This document shows, piece by piece, positions 1-10,520 of a DNA stretch of 64,000 nt. Made by a program: the position numbers and the translations under genes. Each line of letters opens with the position of its first letter. Position 1 is the first letter of the stretch. The DNA comes from Candidatus Wildermuthbacteria bacterium (lineage in GTDB: Bacteria > Patescibacteriota > Minisyncoccia > Minisyncoccales > PEYH01). The stretch lies in contig JBBIKX010000001.1 of assembly GCA_037445205.1 (NCBI GenBank), positions 8,767 through 72,766 of the forward strand, in the 5' to 3' direction. A model generated the notes under the pieces. The model was not told the origin of the DNA, did not search any database, and worked only from the letters and a program-made list of their open reading frames with translations.

Positions 1-121
1 GGGCGGAAAGGTGAAGGATTTGCCGGGCATAAGATATAAAATAGTAAGGGGAAGGCTGGATACTGCGGGCGTTGAGGGGAGGAAACAATCGCGCAGCAGG
101 TACGGCGCAAAGAAAGGATAA
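1..121 (+). CDS. rpsL: 30S ribosomal protein S12, 3' end (5' part lies outside the window)
   Basis: Frame starting at nt 2 translates to [39 protein letters not shown], the conserved S12 C-terminus. rpsG follows immediately. Confidence 0.9.
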   Translation, partial: GGKVKDLPGIRYKIVRGRLDTAGVEGRKQSRSRYGAKKG

Positions 122-131
122 TTTTTAGAAA

Positions 132-590
132 ATGTCAAAAAGCAAAAAGAAAAGAGAAGTTGATCCGGATTATCTTTATGGAAGCTCTACAGTTGCCAAG
201 CTCATTAATTACATAATGAGAAAGGGCAAAAAAACCACAGCCCAGAAAATTGTTTATGGCGCTTTTGAGGTTTTAAAAGAAAAAACCAAGAAAGATCCGC
301 TTGAGGTTTTTGAAAGCGCTTTGCAAAATGCAGCGCCGATTTTGGAGGTAAGACCAAAAAGGATTGGGGGAGCGACATATCAGGTGCCAGTGGAAGTAAC
401 GCCCAAAAGAAGATTGATTCTGGCAACTCGCTGGATTATAGCGGCTGCGAAAACAAGGAAGGGGCCTATGAAAAATAATCTGGCGACAGAGATTCTTGAA
501 GCGGCCAACAATACAGGATCGGCAATCAGAAAGAAAGAAAACACTCATAAAATGGCCGAGGCAAACCGCGCTTTCGCTCATTTTGCCTAA
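132..590 (+). CDS. rpsG: 30S ribosomal protein S7
   Basis: 152-aa ORF with S7 motifs and the rpsL-rpsG-fusA order. Confidence 0.95.
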   Translation: MSKSKKKREVDPDYLYGSSTVAKLINYIMRKGKKTTAQKIVYGAFEVLKEKTKKDPLEVFESALQNAAPILEVRPKRIGGATYQVPVEVTPKRRLILATRWIIAAAKTRKGPMKNNLATEILEAANNTGSAIRKKENTHKMAEANRAFAHFA

Positions 591-651
591 TATGGTAAAT
601 ATTTGCATTTAAGGCAGAACTGCCTTTTTTAATTGTAAAATTATAAAACTT

Positions 652-2772
652 ATGCCAAGAACCCATTCCTTAGAAAGATATAGAAATATAGGCATTATTG
701 CCCACATTGACGCAGGAAAAACAACAGTTTCCGAACGCGTTTTATTTTACACGGGAATTTCTCACAAAATCGGAGAAGTTCATGAAGGAGCAACAATTAT
801 GGATTGGATGGAGCAGGAAAGGGAAAGGGGGATTACCATCACCGCGGCCGCCACCACTTGTTTTTGGGTTCCGGTTGAAAAAGAAACCGGACAGGATAAT
901 CAGGAAAGGCAAAAAAATCAGTATAGAATAAATATTATTGATACTCCCGGGCATATTGATTTTACAGCGGAGGTGCAGAGATCTTTGAGAGTGCTGGACG
1001 GGGCAGTGGTTGTGTTTGACGGAGTGGCGGGGGTTGAAGCGCAATCAGAAACCGTCTGGCGCCAAGCCGACAAGTTTAAAGTTCCAAGAGTCTGCTTCAT
1101 AAACAAATTAGACAGAATGGGCGCTTCGTTTGAAAACAGCCTGCAGTCAATTCGGGACAAGCTCACTCCCAATGCCGTGGCTATTCAAATTCCCATCGGC
1201 ATTGAATCCACTTTTAAAGGAGTGATAAATCTTATTACAATGAAGGCCTTAAGGTTTGAGGGAGAGCATGGAGAAAAAGTGATTATAGAAGAAATCCCTC
1301 AAGATTTGAAGGAAGAAGCGAATAAACGGAGAAAGCAAATGCTTGAAAAAATAGTTGCCGAAGATCATGATTTGCTTGAAAAATATCTGGCCAACCAAGA
1401 AATTTCTCCCTCAGAAATAAGAAACACCTTAAGAAAAAGCGTCATCAACTACAAATTAGTTCCCGTACTTTGTGGTTCCGCCCTGAAGAACAAAGGAGTG
1501 CAGGGATTGCTTGATGCCGTTATTTATTATCTTCCAAATCCTCTTGATTTGCCTCCGGTTCAGGGGACTGATCCAAAAACAGGAGAAATAGTTGAGAGAA
1601 AATCAGAAGACAATGAGCCATTTTCTGCTCTGGCTTTTAAAATTGCCACAGACCCATTCGTGGGAACATTAACTTATTTTAGAGTTTATTCAGGAACGCT
1701 TAAGGCGGGTTCCACTATTTTTAACACTACCACCCAAGAAAAAGTGCGACTTGGAAGAATTGTAAGAATGCATGCCAATCACAGAGAAGACATAACAGAG
1801 CTTTATGCGGGAGATCTGGCAGCGGCTGTCGGTTTAAAAAATGTAAGCACCGGTCATACTCTGTGCGATATGGATCGTTTGATCGTTCTTGAAAAAATAA
1901 CCTTTCCCGAGCCGGTTATTTCTATCAGAATTGAGCCCAAGACCAAGGCCGATCAGGAAAAAATGGATACTGCCCTTAGAAAATTGGCTGAAGAAGATCC
2001 GACTTTCAGAATTAAAGTTGATCCCGAAACTGAAGAGACCATTATTTCCGGCATGGGAGAACTTCATTTGGAAATTATCGTTGAAAGAATGAAAAGAGAA
2101 TTTCAGGTTGAAGCCAATGTTGGAAAACCCCAAGTTGCTTATAAAGAAACAATTACCATGCAGGCCGAAGCAGAAGGAAAATATATCAGGCAGAGTGGAG
2201 GCAGGGGGCAGTATGGTCATGTCTGGATTACTGTTGAGCCAAGAGAGAGGGGAGAAGGATATGAATTCGTTGATAAAATCAAGGGAGGCATTATTCCAAG
2301 AGAATTTATTCCCGCCGCAGAAAAAGGGATAAAAGAGGCGCTGGAGAAAGGAGTAGTCGCAGGGTACCCTTTGGTTGATATTTTGGTTACTCTTTTTGAT
2401 GGTTCTTTTCACGATGTCGATTCGTCGGAAGCTGCTTTTAAAATCGCAGGTTCCATTGCCCTGCAGGATGCGGTTAAAAAAGCAAAGCCGGTGCTTTTGG
2501 AGCCCGTTATGAAGCTTGAAGCGGCTTTTCCTTCGGAATATTTTGGAAGCGTAATCGGCGATTTAAATTCCCGGAGAGGAAAAGTCTTTGAGACGCTGGA
2601 CAGAATGAATTTAAAAATCGCCAGAGCATATCTGCCCTTGGCGGAAATGTTTGGCTATGCGACCACGATCAGATCATTGACTCAGGGGCGCGGATCATTT
2701 ACTATGGAATTTGACCATTATGCGCAGGTTCCATCAAACATCGCGCAAAATTTAATGGGAGTAAAAAAATAA
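652..2772 (+). CDS. fusA: Elongation factor G
   Basis: 706 aa with the GTPase motifs [14 protein letters not shown] and NKLD. It carries a roughly 10-aa insertion ([18 protein letters not shown]) in the G domain. Confidence 0.95.
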   Translation: MPRTHSLERYRNIGIIAHIDAGKTTVSERVLFYTGISHKIGEVHEGATIMDWMEQERERGITITAAATTCFWVPVEKETGQDNQERQKNQYRINIIDTPGHIDFTAEVQRSLRVLDGAVVVFDGVAGVEAQSETVWRQADKFKVPRVCFINKLDRMGASFENSLQSIRDKLTPNAVAIQIPIGIESTFKGVINLITMKALRFEGEHGEKVIIEEIPQDLKEEANKRRKQMLEKIVAEDHDLLEKYLANQEISPSEIRNTLRKSVINYKLVPVLCGSALKNKGVQGLLDAVIYYLPNPLDLPPVQGTDPKTGEIVERKSEDNEPFSALAFKIATDPFVGTLTYFRVYSGTLKAGSTIFNTTTQEKVRLGRIVRMHANHREDITELYAGDLAAAVGLKNVSTGHTLCDMDRLIVLEKITFPEPVISIRIEPKTKADQEKMDTALRKLAEEDPTFRIKVDPETEETIISGMGELHLEIIVERMKREFQVEANVGKPQVAYKETITMQAEAEGKYIRQSGGRGQYGHVWITVEPRERGEGYEFVDKIKGGIIPREFIPAAEKGIKEALEKGVVAGYPLVDILVTLFDGSFHDVDSSEAAFKIAGSIALQDAVKKAKPVLLEPVMKLEAAFPSEYFGSVIGDLNSRRGKVFETLDRMNLKIARAYLPLAEMFGYATTIRSLTQGRGSFTMEFDHYAQVPSNIAQNLMGVKK

Positions 2773-2776
2773 ACAT

Positions 2777-3049
2777 ATGGATTTCAGCTTGATTAAAAGA
2801 ATACTGGCCAAAGAAAAAACAAAAATTGTCATCGTGGAAAACGGCGTACCCACAATGATTATTTCAAGCATTGAAGATTATCTTTCAGGAGAAGAGAAAA
2901 CCGCCAAAGAAAAAATCGGCATGGAAAAAATCGGCATGGAGGAAAAAAAAGAAAGCTTTTTATCCGCTCCCAAGAGAGAAGAAGATGTTTTTTTGCCCAA
3001 AAGCGGGGAATTTACCGAGGAGCTGACTATTGATGATTTGCCTCTTTAG
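2777..3049 (+). CDS. Small hypothetical protein with a Phd/YefM-antitoxin-like N-terminus and a 2x KIGME tandem motif
   Basis: The 90-aa ORF starts 4 nt after the fusA stop. Its N-terminal ...KTKIVIVENGVPTMIISSIEDY resembles the YefM/Phd core (ILITRQNGEACVLMSLEEY). No toxin partner follows it. Confidence 0.45.
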   Translation: MDFSLIKRILAKEKTKIVIVENGVPTMIISSIEDYLSGEEKTAKEKIGMEKIGMEEKKESFLSAPKREEDVFLPKSGEFTEELTIDDLPL

Positions 3050-3116
3050 TGCTATATTCTGTATGAGCGTCACTTGATGATTGATTTCTGTTATCAATCC
3101 TTGGGCGCAAAAAGGA

Positions 3117-3144
3117 TTGACTTTTATTTTAAAAATAATATAAT
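3117..3144 (+). promoter_or_regulatory. Putative sigma70 promoter for tuf (TTGACT-16-TATAAT)
   Basis: TTGACT at 3117-3122 and TATAAT at 3139-3144, about 30 nt upstream of the tuf ATG. It overlaps an inverted repeat (aatcctt/aaggatt) with a U-rich tail that could terminate upstream transcripts. Confidence 0.5.
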
Positions 3145-3172
3145 TAAAAAAAATTAAACAAAATTAATACAT

Positions 3173-4372
3173 ATGGCAGAAAAAGAAAAATTTGAGCGCA
3201 CAAAACCGCACCTTAATGTAGGAACCATTGGGCATGTTGATCATGGAAAAACTACACTAACGGCTGCAATTTTAAAAGTCCTGAAACTTAAGGGTCTTAG
3301 AGCGTCTGAAAAAGACGTTGATCAAATTGACTCGGCGCCGGAAGAAAAAGCGAGAGGACTTACAATCAACATCACTCACGTTGAATATGAAAGCGACAAA
3401 AGGCATTACGCCCACATTGACTGTCCGGGGCACGCCGATTACATCAAAAATATGATTACAGGCGCAGCCCAGATGGATGGGGCTGTTCTTGTTGTTTCAG
3501 CGGTGGATGGCCCGATGCCTCAAACTCGCGAACACATACTTTTAGCAAGACAGGTGGGCGTTCCCGCAATCGTTGTATTCTTAAACAAATGCGATTCGGT
3601 GGATGATCCAGAAATGATTAATCTTGTGGAATCTGAGATAAGAGAGCTTTTGAAGAAATATAATTTCCCCGGAGATCAGACTCCCATTATCAGGGGATCT
3701 GCGCTTAAAGCCCTTGAGGCAAAATCTGCTGATGATGAATCTGCAAAGCCCATTCTTGAATTGGCAAAAGCACTTGATGAACACGTGCCTGAGCCGGTCA
3801 GAGAAAAAGACAAGCCATTTTTAATGGCCGTTGAAGATGTTTTCTCAATTGCGGGCAGAGGCACTGTTGCTACAGGAAGAGTTGAAAGGGGAATGGTAAA
3901 ATCCGGCGAGGAAATAGAAATAGTCGGGATCAAGCCCACAAGCAAAACAACGGTTGTGAGCATTGAGATGTTTAATAAAATCCTTGACGAAGGATTTGCC
4001 GGAGACAATGTTGGAATTCTTTTAAGGGGTCTTAAAAAGGAGGACATCGAGAGAGGGCAGGTTTTGGCAAAAACCGGCTCAATCACCCCTCATGCCGAAG
4101 TTGATGCAGAGGTTTATATTTTGACAAAAGAAGAGGGCGGAAGACACACGCCGTTTTTTGCCGGCTACAAGCCCCAATTTTACGCCCGAACAGCGGATAT
4201 TACCGGAGAGGTGACTCTTCCTCAGGGAACAGAAATGGTTATGCCCGGTGATACCGTCAATTTGAAAATTAAATTGATTGTGCCGGTGGCCATTGAAGAA
4301 AAACAAAGATTTGCCATCAGAGAAGGAGGAAAAACAGTGGGCGCGGGAGTAGTCACAAAAATAATCAATTAG
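3173..4372 (+). CDS. tuf: Elongation factor Tu
   Basis: 399 aa with [14 protein letters not shown] and NKCD motifs. Confidence 0.97.
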   Translation: MAEKEKFERTKPHLNVGTIGHVDHGKTTLTAAILKVLKLKGLRASEKDVDQIDSAPEEKARGLTINITHVEYESDKRHYAHIDCPGHADYIKNMITGAAQMDGAVLVVSAVDGPMPQTREHILLARQVGVPAIVVFLNKCDSVDDPEMINLVESEIRELLKKYNFPGDQTPIIRGSALKALEAKSADDESAKPILELAKALDEHVPEPVREKDKPFLMAVEDVFSIAGRGTVATGRVERGMVKSGEEIEIVGIKPTSKTTVVSIEMFNKILDEGFAGDNVGILLRGLKKEDIERGQVLAKTGSITPHAEVDAEVYILTKEEGGRHTPFFAGYKPQFYARTADITGEVTLPQGTEMVMPGDTVNLKIKLIVPVAIEEKQRFAIREGGKTVGAGVVTKIIN

Positions 4373-4396
4373 TTCTGGATTTTAAAAAATAAATAA

Positions 4397-4732
4397 ATGA
4401 TAGCCAAGAAAAAGCAAGAAGAAACAGTCAAGCCGCGACTTAGGATTAAGCTTAGGGCTTACGATTATAAAGTTTTAGACAAGAGCAGTCATCAAATAGT
4501 GGAAACTGCCTTGCGTCACGGCATTGAATTTTGCGGGCCTATTCCTTTGCCCACGGAAATTCACAAATACACCGTTAATCGCTCAAGCTTTATTCATAAA
4601 GACGCGAGAGAGCAGTTTGAAATGAGAATTCACAAAAGATTGATAGATGTTTCAAGCCCCAGCCAGAAGTTTATTGAAGCGCTGACAAGTCTGACTTTGC
4701 CGAGCGGAGTGGATGTACAGATCAAGATGTAG
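4397..4732 (+). CDS. rpsJ: 30S ribosomal protein S10
   Basis: 111 aa. The S10 core is LRIKLRAYDYKVLD...RLIDV. Confidence 0.93.
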   Translation: MIAKKKQEETVKPRLRIKLRAYDYKVLDKSSHQIVETALRHGIEFCGPIPLPTEIHKYTVNRSSFIHKDAREQFEMRIHKRLIDVSSPSQKFIEALTSLTLPSGVDVQIKM

Positions 4733-4805
4733 AAAAAAGAGAAAAAATTAATTATGAGCAAATCATCTTAGGTTAAAAGAGGATTTTGGCAGCCACAAAG
4801 GTAAA

Positions 4806-4834
4806 ATACCGGGCGCAAAACCCGGTATTTCGTT
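4806..4834 (+). promoter_or_regulatory. Stem-loop (ataccggg-cgcaaaa-cccggtat) plus a U-rich tail between rpsJ and rplC; possible attenuator or processing site
   Basis: An 8-bp perfect stem with a 7-nt loop is followed by ttcgtt, inside the 123-nt rpsJ-rplC spacer. Confidence 0.3.
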
Positions 4835-4855
4835 AAAAAGATATCAAAATAATTT

Positions 4856-5446
4856 ATGCCGTTTATCTTGGGAAAAAAAATTGGGATGGCGCAAGTGTGG
4901 CGGGACAAAAAGGTGGTGCCGGTTACAATTATCGGGGCCGGGCCTTGCGTTGTTACCCAATTAAAAAATCAGCGAAAAGACGGATATCAATCAATACAGA
5001 TCGGCTTTGAGAAAATCACCAAGGAAAAAAAGATTAAAAAAACGCAGAAAAACAAGCCATATAGATGGTTAAGGGAGTTCAAAAAAGATCCGGGCGAATA
5101 TAAGTTGGGCGATGTTCTGGACGTTTCAAGGTTTAAGATTGGAGAGAAAGTAAAGATTTCGGGCATTTCGAAAGGGAAAGGATTCCAGGGAGGAGTAAAA
5201 AGGTGGGGATTCGCGGGAAGGAATGCCACCCATGGAGTAAAGCATGAACATAGAACAATTGGTTCCACGGGGAGTTGTTTGCCCGAAAGAGTGAGAAAAG
5301 GAAAAAAAATGCCCGGCAGAATGGGACAGGACAGGATAACGGTAAAAAATCTGGAGATTATGGAAATTGATCAAGAGAAAAACTTGATTGCCGTCAAAGG
5401 AGCGGTTCCGGGCAGCAAAGATACATTATTAGAAATCAGGAATTAA
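4856..5446 (+). CDS. rplC: 50S ribosomal protein L3
   Basis: 196 aa. L3 motifs are present, including the FKIGEKVKISGISKGKGFQG loop. Confidence 0.93.
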   Translation: MPFILGKKIGMAQVWRDKKVVPVTIIGAGPCVVTQLKNQRKDGYQSIQIGFEKITKEKKIKKTQKNKPYRWLREFKKDPGEYKLGDVLDVSRFKIGEKVKISGISKGKGFQGGVKRWGFAGRNATHGVKHEHRTIGSTGSCLPERVRKGKKMPGRMGQDRITVKNLEIMEIDQEKNLIAVKGAVPGSKDTLLEIRN

Positions 5447-5477
5447 ATAAAAACGGGGCAGTTTGTATTAAAATTTT

Positions 5478-6119
5478 ATGTTGACAGACGTTTACAATCA
5501 AAAAGGCGAAAAAACAGGGCAAGCGCAACTGCCCAAGGAGATTTTTGGAGTAAAATTCAGAGCTGATTTGGTGCATCAGGTGTTTTCTTCCATGGTTTCA
5601 AACAAAAGAAGGCCCATCGCTCACGCAAAAGACAGGGGAGAGGTGAGGGGCGGAGGGAAAAAGCCCTGGCGCCAGAAAGGAACGGGCAGGGCAAGACATG
5701 GTTCGATCAGGTCTCCTTTATGGAGAGGCGGCGGGGTTACTTTTGGTCCAAGAAACGAAAGAAATTTTAAAAAAAGCATACCTAAAAAAATGAAAAGGTC
5801 AGCGCTCTTTTCCGTTTTGTCAGCCAAATTAAAAGATAATGAAATTATTGTTTTAGATAATCTTTTCCTGAAAGAACCCAAAACAAAATTAATGGACGAA
5901 ATCCTTGATAATCTTAAAAAAGCCGGTTTAAAGCAAAAAAACTGCTTGATTATTCTTCCAAAAAAGGATAAAAATATAGGACTGGCAGCAAGGAATATCG
6001 CGAAAATAAAAACCGCCCAAATAAATAATTTTAACATTTTAGACATACTTTCGTTTAAATACCTGCTTTTTACAAAAGAAACCATCGGCGCGATGAAAGA
6101 AACATTGATAAAAGATTAA
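5478..6119 (+). CDS. rplD: 50S ribosomal protein L4
   Basis: 213 aa. L4-like sequence in the S10-operon order. Confidence 0.9.
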   Translation: MLTDVYNQKGEKTGQAQLPKEIFGVKFRADLVHQVFSSMVSNKRRPIAHAKDRGEVRGGGKKPWRQKGTGRARHGSIRSPLWRGGGVTFGPRNERNFKKSIPKKMKRSALFSVLSAKLKDNEIIVLDNLFLKEPKTKLMDEILDNLKKAGLKQKNCLIILPKKDKNIGLAARNIAKIKTAQINNFNILDILSFKYLLFTKETIGAMKETLIKD

Positions 6120-6120
6120 T

Positions 6121-6525
6121 ATGGCTCCATTGAGAATTTTTAAACAAAAAAAAGAAAGCCCCAAAGAAAAAAAGAAAGAAGAAAAGAAAGAAACCGCAGA
6201 GAAGGTTGTCAAACAGGAAATTTCCAAACCAAGCAAAGTAAGAATGATTGCGTGGAGGGTTGTAAAAGCGCCTCATATTACAGAAAAGGCGACCATCGGG
6301 GAAGAAAGCCGCAGGTATATCTTTAAAATTTTTGAAAGGGCTAATAAGACTGAAACCAAAAAAGCCATTGAAGAAATTTTTAATGTGAAGGTTGAGAAAG
6401 TGAGGATTATTAATGTCCCAAGAAAAAAAAGACAGCGGGGAAGAGTGCGCGGATGGAAGGGGGGATATAAAAAAGCGATAGTGACGTTAAAAGAAGGATA
6501 TAAAATTGAAATTTTATCACGATGA
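6121..6525 (+). CDS. rplW: 50S ribosomal protein L23 (with a lysine-rich N-terminal extension)
   Basis: 134 aa. The L23 core is VVKAPHITEKAT...KVEKVRIINV. Confidence 0.92.
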   Translation: MAPLRIFKQKKESPKEKKKEEKKETAEKVVKQEISKPSKVRMIAWRVVKAPHITEKATIGEESRRYIFKIFERANKTETKKAIEEIFNVKVEKVRIINVPRKKRQRGRVRGWKGGYKKAIVTLKEGYKIEILSR

Positions 6526-7352
6526 TAGGGTTTGGCAAAAAAAACATAAGCAGAGGGAAAAAGCTAAAAAGGATTGATCTTTCGGGATTATCTAAAAAGA
6601 AACCCCAAAAAAGCTTGATTTTTTCTTTGAAAAAAAAGTCGGGCAGAAATTTTCAGGGAAGGATTACAGTAAGGCATCGGGGCGGAGGATCAAAAAAATT
6701 TTATCGCATGATTGATTTTTCCCAGAAGAAAATGAACATTGCGGGAAAGGTAGCGGCCATTGAATATGATCCAAACAGGACGGCTTTTATTGCCTTGATA
6801 GAGTACCAAGACAAAACCAAGGGATATATTTTGGCTCCTCAAAAGCTGAAAGAGGGCGATGAGATAATAGTGTCTGAATCAGCGCCTATAAATCCCGCCA
6901 ACAGAATGAAGCTGAAAAATATACCCGTTGGAACAGAAGTCCATAACATTGAATTGCAGCCCTTTGGCGGGGGAAAAATTGTTCGCTCCGCGGGCAGCTC
7001 TGCAACTGTTTTGGCGCAGGAAGGAGGATATGCTCACCTTTTATTGCCCTCAAAAGAAATAAGGAAAATTCATAGCGAATGTTTTGCAAGCATCGGAGCG
7101 CTTTCTCATCAGGAGCATAGATTTATCCGCATTCCCAAAGCAGGCACGATGCGTCTTAAAGGCAGAAGGCCGCAGGTCAGGGGCACTGCGATGAATCCGG
7201 TTGATCATCCCCATGGCGGCGGAGAAGGAAGAACAGGAATTGGCATGCCCCATCCAAAAACTCCTTGGGGAAAGCCGGCCTTGGGAGTAAAAACAAGAAA
7301 GAGAAAACATACCAACCAGTTTATCCTTCAGAGAAGGTCAAAGAAAAAATAA
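6522..7352 (+). CDS. rplB: 50S ribosomal protein L2
   Basis: 276 aa with RHRGGGSKK, AGT(M)RLKGRRP and HPHGGGEG motifs. Confidence 0.95.
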   Translation: MIGFGKKNISRGKKLKRIDLSGLSKKKPQKSLIFSLKKKSGRNFQGRITVRHRGGGSKKFYRMIDFSQKKMNIAGKVAAIEYDPNRTAFIALIEYQDKTKGYILAPQKLKEGDEIIVSESAPINPANRMKLKNIPVGTEVHNIELQPFGGGKIVRSAGSSATVLAQEGGYAHLLLPSKEIRKIHSECFASIGALSHQEHRFIRIPKAGTMRLKGRRPQVRGTAMNPVDHPHGGGEGRTGIGMPHPKTPWGKPALGVKTRKRKHTNQFILQRRSKKK

Positions 7353-7388
7353 CAAACAACCAACAATTAATAAATTATTTTAATTATT

Positions 7389-7730
7389 ATGGCGAGATCA
7401 TTAAAGAAAGGCCCATACATTGATAAAAAACTGATAGAAAAGATTAAAAAAACTGCGCCGGATTCGAAAACCATTATCAAAACATGGGCAAGGGATTGCA
7501 CCATTGTTCCGGAGATGATCGGGCGGTCCATTAATGTCCATAACGGGAAAGATTTTATAACCGTAAAGATAAGCGAAGAAATGGTTGGACATAGATTGGG
7601 AGAGTTTTCGCCGACTACGAAATTCGTAAGGCATGGAGGGAAAATGCAGAGAGATTTAGAGGCAAAAACCGAAGCAAGGGCGTTGCCTCAAAAAGAGACA
7701 GCAGGATTGCCCAAAGATAACAAAAAATAA
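7389..7730 (+). CDS. rpsS: 30S ribosomal protein S19 (C-terminal extension)
   Basis: 113 aa starting MARSLKKGPYID... Confidence 0.93.
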   Translation: MARSLKKGPYIDKKLIEKIKKTAPDSKTIIKTWARDCTIVPEMIGRSINVHNGKDFITVKISEEMVGHRLGEFSPTTKFVRHGGKMQRDLEAKTEARALPQKETAGLPKDNKK

Positions 7731-7738
7731 TCGCTTGT

Positions 7739-8161
7739 ATGGAAAAAAAAGATGTAGTGGCAAAATTAAATCATTTGAGGGTCGCGCCAAGAAAAGCAAT
7801 GCTTGTGGTTGATTTGATAAGGGGAAAGTCAATTAAAGAGGCGCTTGCTGTTTTGGATTTAGCCAATAAAAAATCAGCCCTGCCCGTTAAGAAATTATTG
7901 AACTCCGCCCTTGCCAACGCTAAAAATAATTTTCATTTAAGCGAAGAAAATTTATATATTTCAAAAATAGTCGTCAATCAGGGCCCAAAATTAAAAAGGT
8001 GGATTGCAAGGTCAAGAGGGCAGGCAAATGAAATCCAGAAGAAGACCAGCCATATTATTCTCGTGCTTTCAGAAAAAAAGAAACCAAAAAGCCCAAAAGA
8101 AAGGAAAATTGACAAAGGCGATAAAAAGCAAATTAAAAATAAAAAGAAGTGGAATAAGTAG
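7739..8161 (+). CDS. rplV: 50S ribosomal protein L22 (lysine-rich C-terminal tail)
   Basis: 140 aa. L22 core. Confidence 0.9.
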   Translation: MEKKDVVAKLNHLRVAPRKAMLVVDLIRGKSIKEALAVLDLANKKSALPVKKLLNSALANAKNNFHLSEENLYISKIVVNQGPKLKRWIARSRGQANEIQKKTSHIILVLSEKKKPKSPKERKIDKGDKKQIKNKKKWNK

Positions 8162-8175
8162 CATTTATTTATCTT

Positions 8176-8874
8176 ATGGCACACAAGGCTAATCAAAAAA
8201 GTTTAAGAATTGGATATATCGAGGGTTGGGATTCGCGCTGGATAAGCAATCAAAAGTTTCCCAAATATCTGGAGGAGGATTTTTTGATCCGCCGATTTCT
8301 TGAGAAAAAGCTGAGAGATGGAGCGGTGGAGAAGATAGAGATAGAGCGTTTCCCCGGGAAATTGAATATTGCCATTAATACTGCCAGACCGGGCTTGATA
8401 ATCGGGAGGGGAGGAAGGGGAGTTGAGGATCTGAAGGTTGCCATAGAAAAACTTTTGCTCAAAAAAAATGATTCAAAAAAAGAAGCAAGAGGAGTAAGAA
8501 TAGAGATAAAGGAAATAAAGAATCCCTGGATCAGCGCTCCTGTTGTCGCCCAGTGGGCGGCCCAGAGAATAGAAAAAAGATTACCTTATAGAAGAGTGTT
8601 GAAAGAGGCATTATCCAGAGTGATTAATTATAAAGAAGTTCAGGGAGTAAAAATTGAAGTATCAGGGAGACTAAACGGAGTTACCATTGCAAGAAGGGAA
8701 TGGATGCAGAAAGGCAAATTGCCAAGGCAAACTCTGAGGGCAGATATTGATTATGGCTTTGCGCAGGCATATTGCACTTACGGAGTAATAGGAGTAAAAG
8801 TATGGATATATAAAGGAGAGAAGTTTCAACCCCAAGGATTAAAAAACCACAATGCTTTATCCAAAAAAGGTTAA
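8176..8874 (+). CDS. rpsC: 30S ribosomal protein S3
   Basis: 232 aa with a KH domain and the [11 protein letters not shown] motif. Confidence 0.95.
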   Translation: MAHKANQKSLRIGYIEGWDSRWISNQKFPKYLEEDFLIRRFLEKKLRDGAVEKIEIERFPGKLNIAINTARPGLIIGRGGRGVEDLKVAIEKLLLKKNDSKKEARGVRIEIKEIKNPWISAPVVAQWAAQRIEKRLPYRRVLKEALSRVINYKEVQGVKIEVSGRLNGVTIARREWMQKGKLPRQTLRADIDYGFAQAYCTYGVIGVKVWIYKGEKFQPQGLKNHNALSKKG

Positions 8875-9259
8875 ATATAGGAAAATGCAGAGAGGAAAAA
8901 GCAAAGGCATAGAGAGCCGGGGCGTAGATTTGTCCTTTGGTCAGTTTGGATTGAAAGCGCTTGAAGCCCAGTGGATAACGGCGCGCCAGCTTGAAGCGGC
9001 AAGAAGAACAATAGTTTACTATCTTAGAAAGGGCGGAAAGCTTTGGATAAGAATTTTTCCCGATAAACCTGTTACCAGCAAAGGCGTTGAAGTTCCCATG
9101 GGCGGAGGGAAGGGAGCGGTAAGTCATTATGTTTTTTCCGTGAGGCCGGGTAGAATTATTTTTGAGTTGGCAGGCGTTGATGAAAGTATTGCGCGGGAAG
9201 CTTTCACAAAAGCGGCGGCAAAATTCCCCATTAAAACAAAGTTTATAAAAAAGGATTAA
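8852..9259 (+). CDS. rplP: 50S ribosomal protein L16
   Basis: 135 aa starting [15 protein letters not shown]... Confidence 0.95.
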   Translation: MLYPKKVKYRKMQRGKSKGIESRGVDLSFGQFGLKALEAQWITARQLEAARRTIVYYLRKGGKLWIRIFPDKPVTSKGVEVPMGGGKGAVSHYVFSVRPGRIIFELAGVDESIAREAFTKAAAKFPIKTKFIKKD

Positions 9260-9325
9260 TCCCCGCGTCCGGAGGAGCATTGACAGAAACGGTAAAAATC
9301 ATTATGAAAGAGTTTTAAAATATAA

Positions 9326-9532
9326 ATGATAAAAACAAAGATAAAAGAATTAAGAAGTAAAAATAAAGAAGATTTAGGTCGGCTGCTTTTAAACTTGCGA
9401 GAAAAGCTAAGGCAATTAAAATTTGATTTGGCTTCGGGGAAAATTAAGAATGTAAGCGAAATAAGAAAAATAAGAAAAGAAATAGCCCAGATTTTGACGG
9501 TTCTTGAAGAACATACGGATCAAAAAGTTTAA
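9326..9532 (+). CDS. rpmC: 50S ribosomal protein L29
   Basis: 68 aa. L29 helical pattern and operon position. Confidence 0.85.
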   Translation: MIKTKIKELRSKNKEDLGRLLLNLREKLRQLKFDLASGKIKNVSEIRKIRKEIAQILTVLEEHTDQKV

Positions 9533-9553
9533 TAATTTTTACATACAGCCAAT

Positions 9554-9787
9554 ATGGCAAAAAAGAAATTAATCGGAAAAATCGTCTCTTCTAAAATGCA
9601 GAAAACAGTCGTTGTAGAGGTTGAAAGAATGAAATTTCATTCCAAGTTTAAAGTGCGCCATAAAATGCATAAGAGGTATAAAGTTCATAATGAGGATCCA
9701 GAATATAAGGTGGGGGATAGGGTGATTATTGAAGAATCTTTGCCAATCAGCAAAGAAAAGAGATGGAGGATTATAAATAAGGTTTAA
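9554..9787 (+). CDS. rpsQ: 30S ribosomal protein S17
   Basis: 77 aa. S17 OB-fold sequence. Confidence 0.9.
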   Translation: MAKKKLIGKIVSSKMQKTVVVEVERMKFHSKFKVRHKMHKRYKVHNEDPEYKVGDRVIIEESLPISKEKRWRIINKV

Positions 9788-9815
9788 TTTTTAATTCAAG
9801 GCGATAATCAAAGCT

Positions 9816-10187
9816 ATGATTCAATTAAGAACAATGCTGACCGTTGCGGACAATACCGGAGCAAAAATAGTGCAGTGCATCCGTGTTTTGGGCGGGAGTA
9901 CGCGCCGATACGCTCGATTGGGTGATATCATAGTTGCGGCTGTCAAAAAAGCAGAACCAAGAAAAATTGTTAAAAACCACGAGGTAGTAAGGGCGGTAGT
10001 GGTCAGGCAAAGGAAAGCGTATAGAAGGGTTGATGGTTCTTACATAAAGTTTGATGAAAATGCGGTGGTGATTTTAGATGGCAAAACAAAAAATCCAAAA
10101 GGGGGGAGAATTTTCGGACCGATCCCCCGCGAGATAAAAGAAAAAGGTTTTGAAAAAATTATAACCCTTTCTCCGGAAGTTGTATAA
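9816..10187 (+). CDS. rplN: 50S ribosomal protein L14
   Basis: 123 aa starting [17 protein letters not shown]... Confidence 0.95.
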   Translation: MIQLRTMLTVADNTGAKIVQCIRVLGGSTRRYARLGDIIVAAVKKAEPRKIVKNHEVVRAVVVRQRKAYRRVDGSYIKFDENAVVILDGKTKNPKGGRIFGPIPREIKEKGFEKIITLSPEVV

Positions 10188-10211
10188 ATTTAAGACGATA
10201 AACTAATTTTT

Positions 10212-10520
10212 ATGAAGTTGAAAAAAAGCGATACAGTATTAATAATATCGGGAGATGACAGGGCAAAGAAGGGAAAGATCATAAAAGTTATACCATCAAA
10301 GCAAAAAATTGTGGTGGAGGGCGTGAGCATTCAGAGGAGACATCAGAGGCCGAAAAAAGAAGGAGAAAAAGGGCAAATTGTAGAAAAGCCGGCGCCTATT
10401 TCTGCCTCTAATGCAAAATTGATTTGCCCGCGATGTCAAAAACCAACCATGATATCGCGAAAAATAATGCAGAATAAAAAAAGAAGAGTGTGTAAAAAGT
10501 GCAATCAAATGATTGACTAA
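10212..10520 (+). CDS. rplX: 50S ribosomal protein L24 with an unusual C-terminal CxxC...CxxC zinc-ribbon tail
   Basis: 102 aa. The KOW/L24 core is followed by ICPRCQKPTMISRKIMQNKKRRVCKKCNQ. Confidence 0.88.
   Translation: MKLKKSDTVLIISGDDRAKKGKIIKVIPSKQKIVVEGVSIQRRHQRPKKEGEKGQIVEKPAPISASNAKLICPRCQKPTMISRKIMQNKKRRVCKKCNQMID

Noticed and set aside
205-2412. Antisense or overlapping ORFs inside rpsG and fusA (205..426-, 273..608-, 698..931+, 742..1044-, 918..1172-, 1834..2412-, 2108..2332+)
   Set aside because: They lie fully inside well-supported rpsG and fusA reading frames, and their low-complexity translations show no motifs. Classified as spurious.
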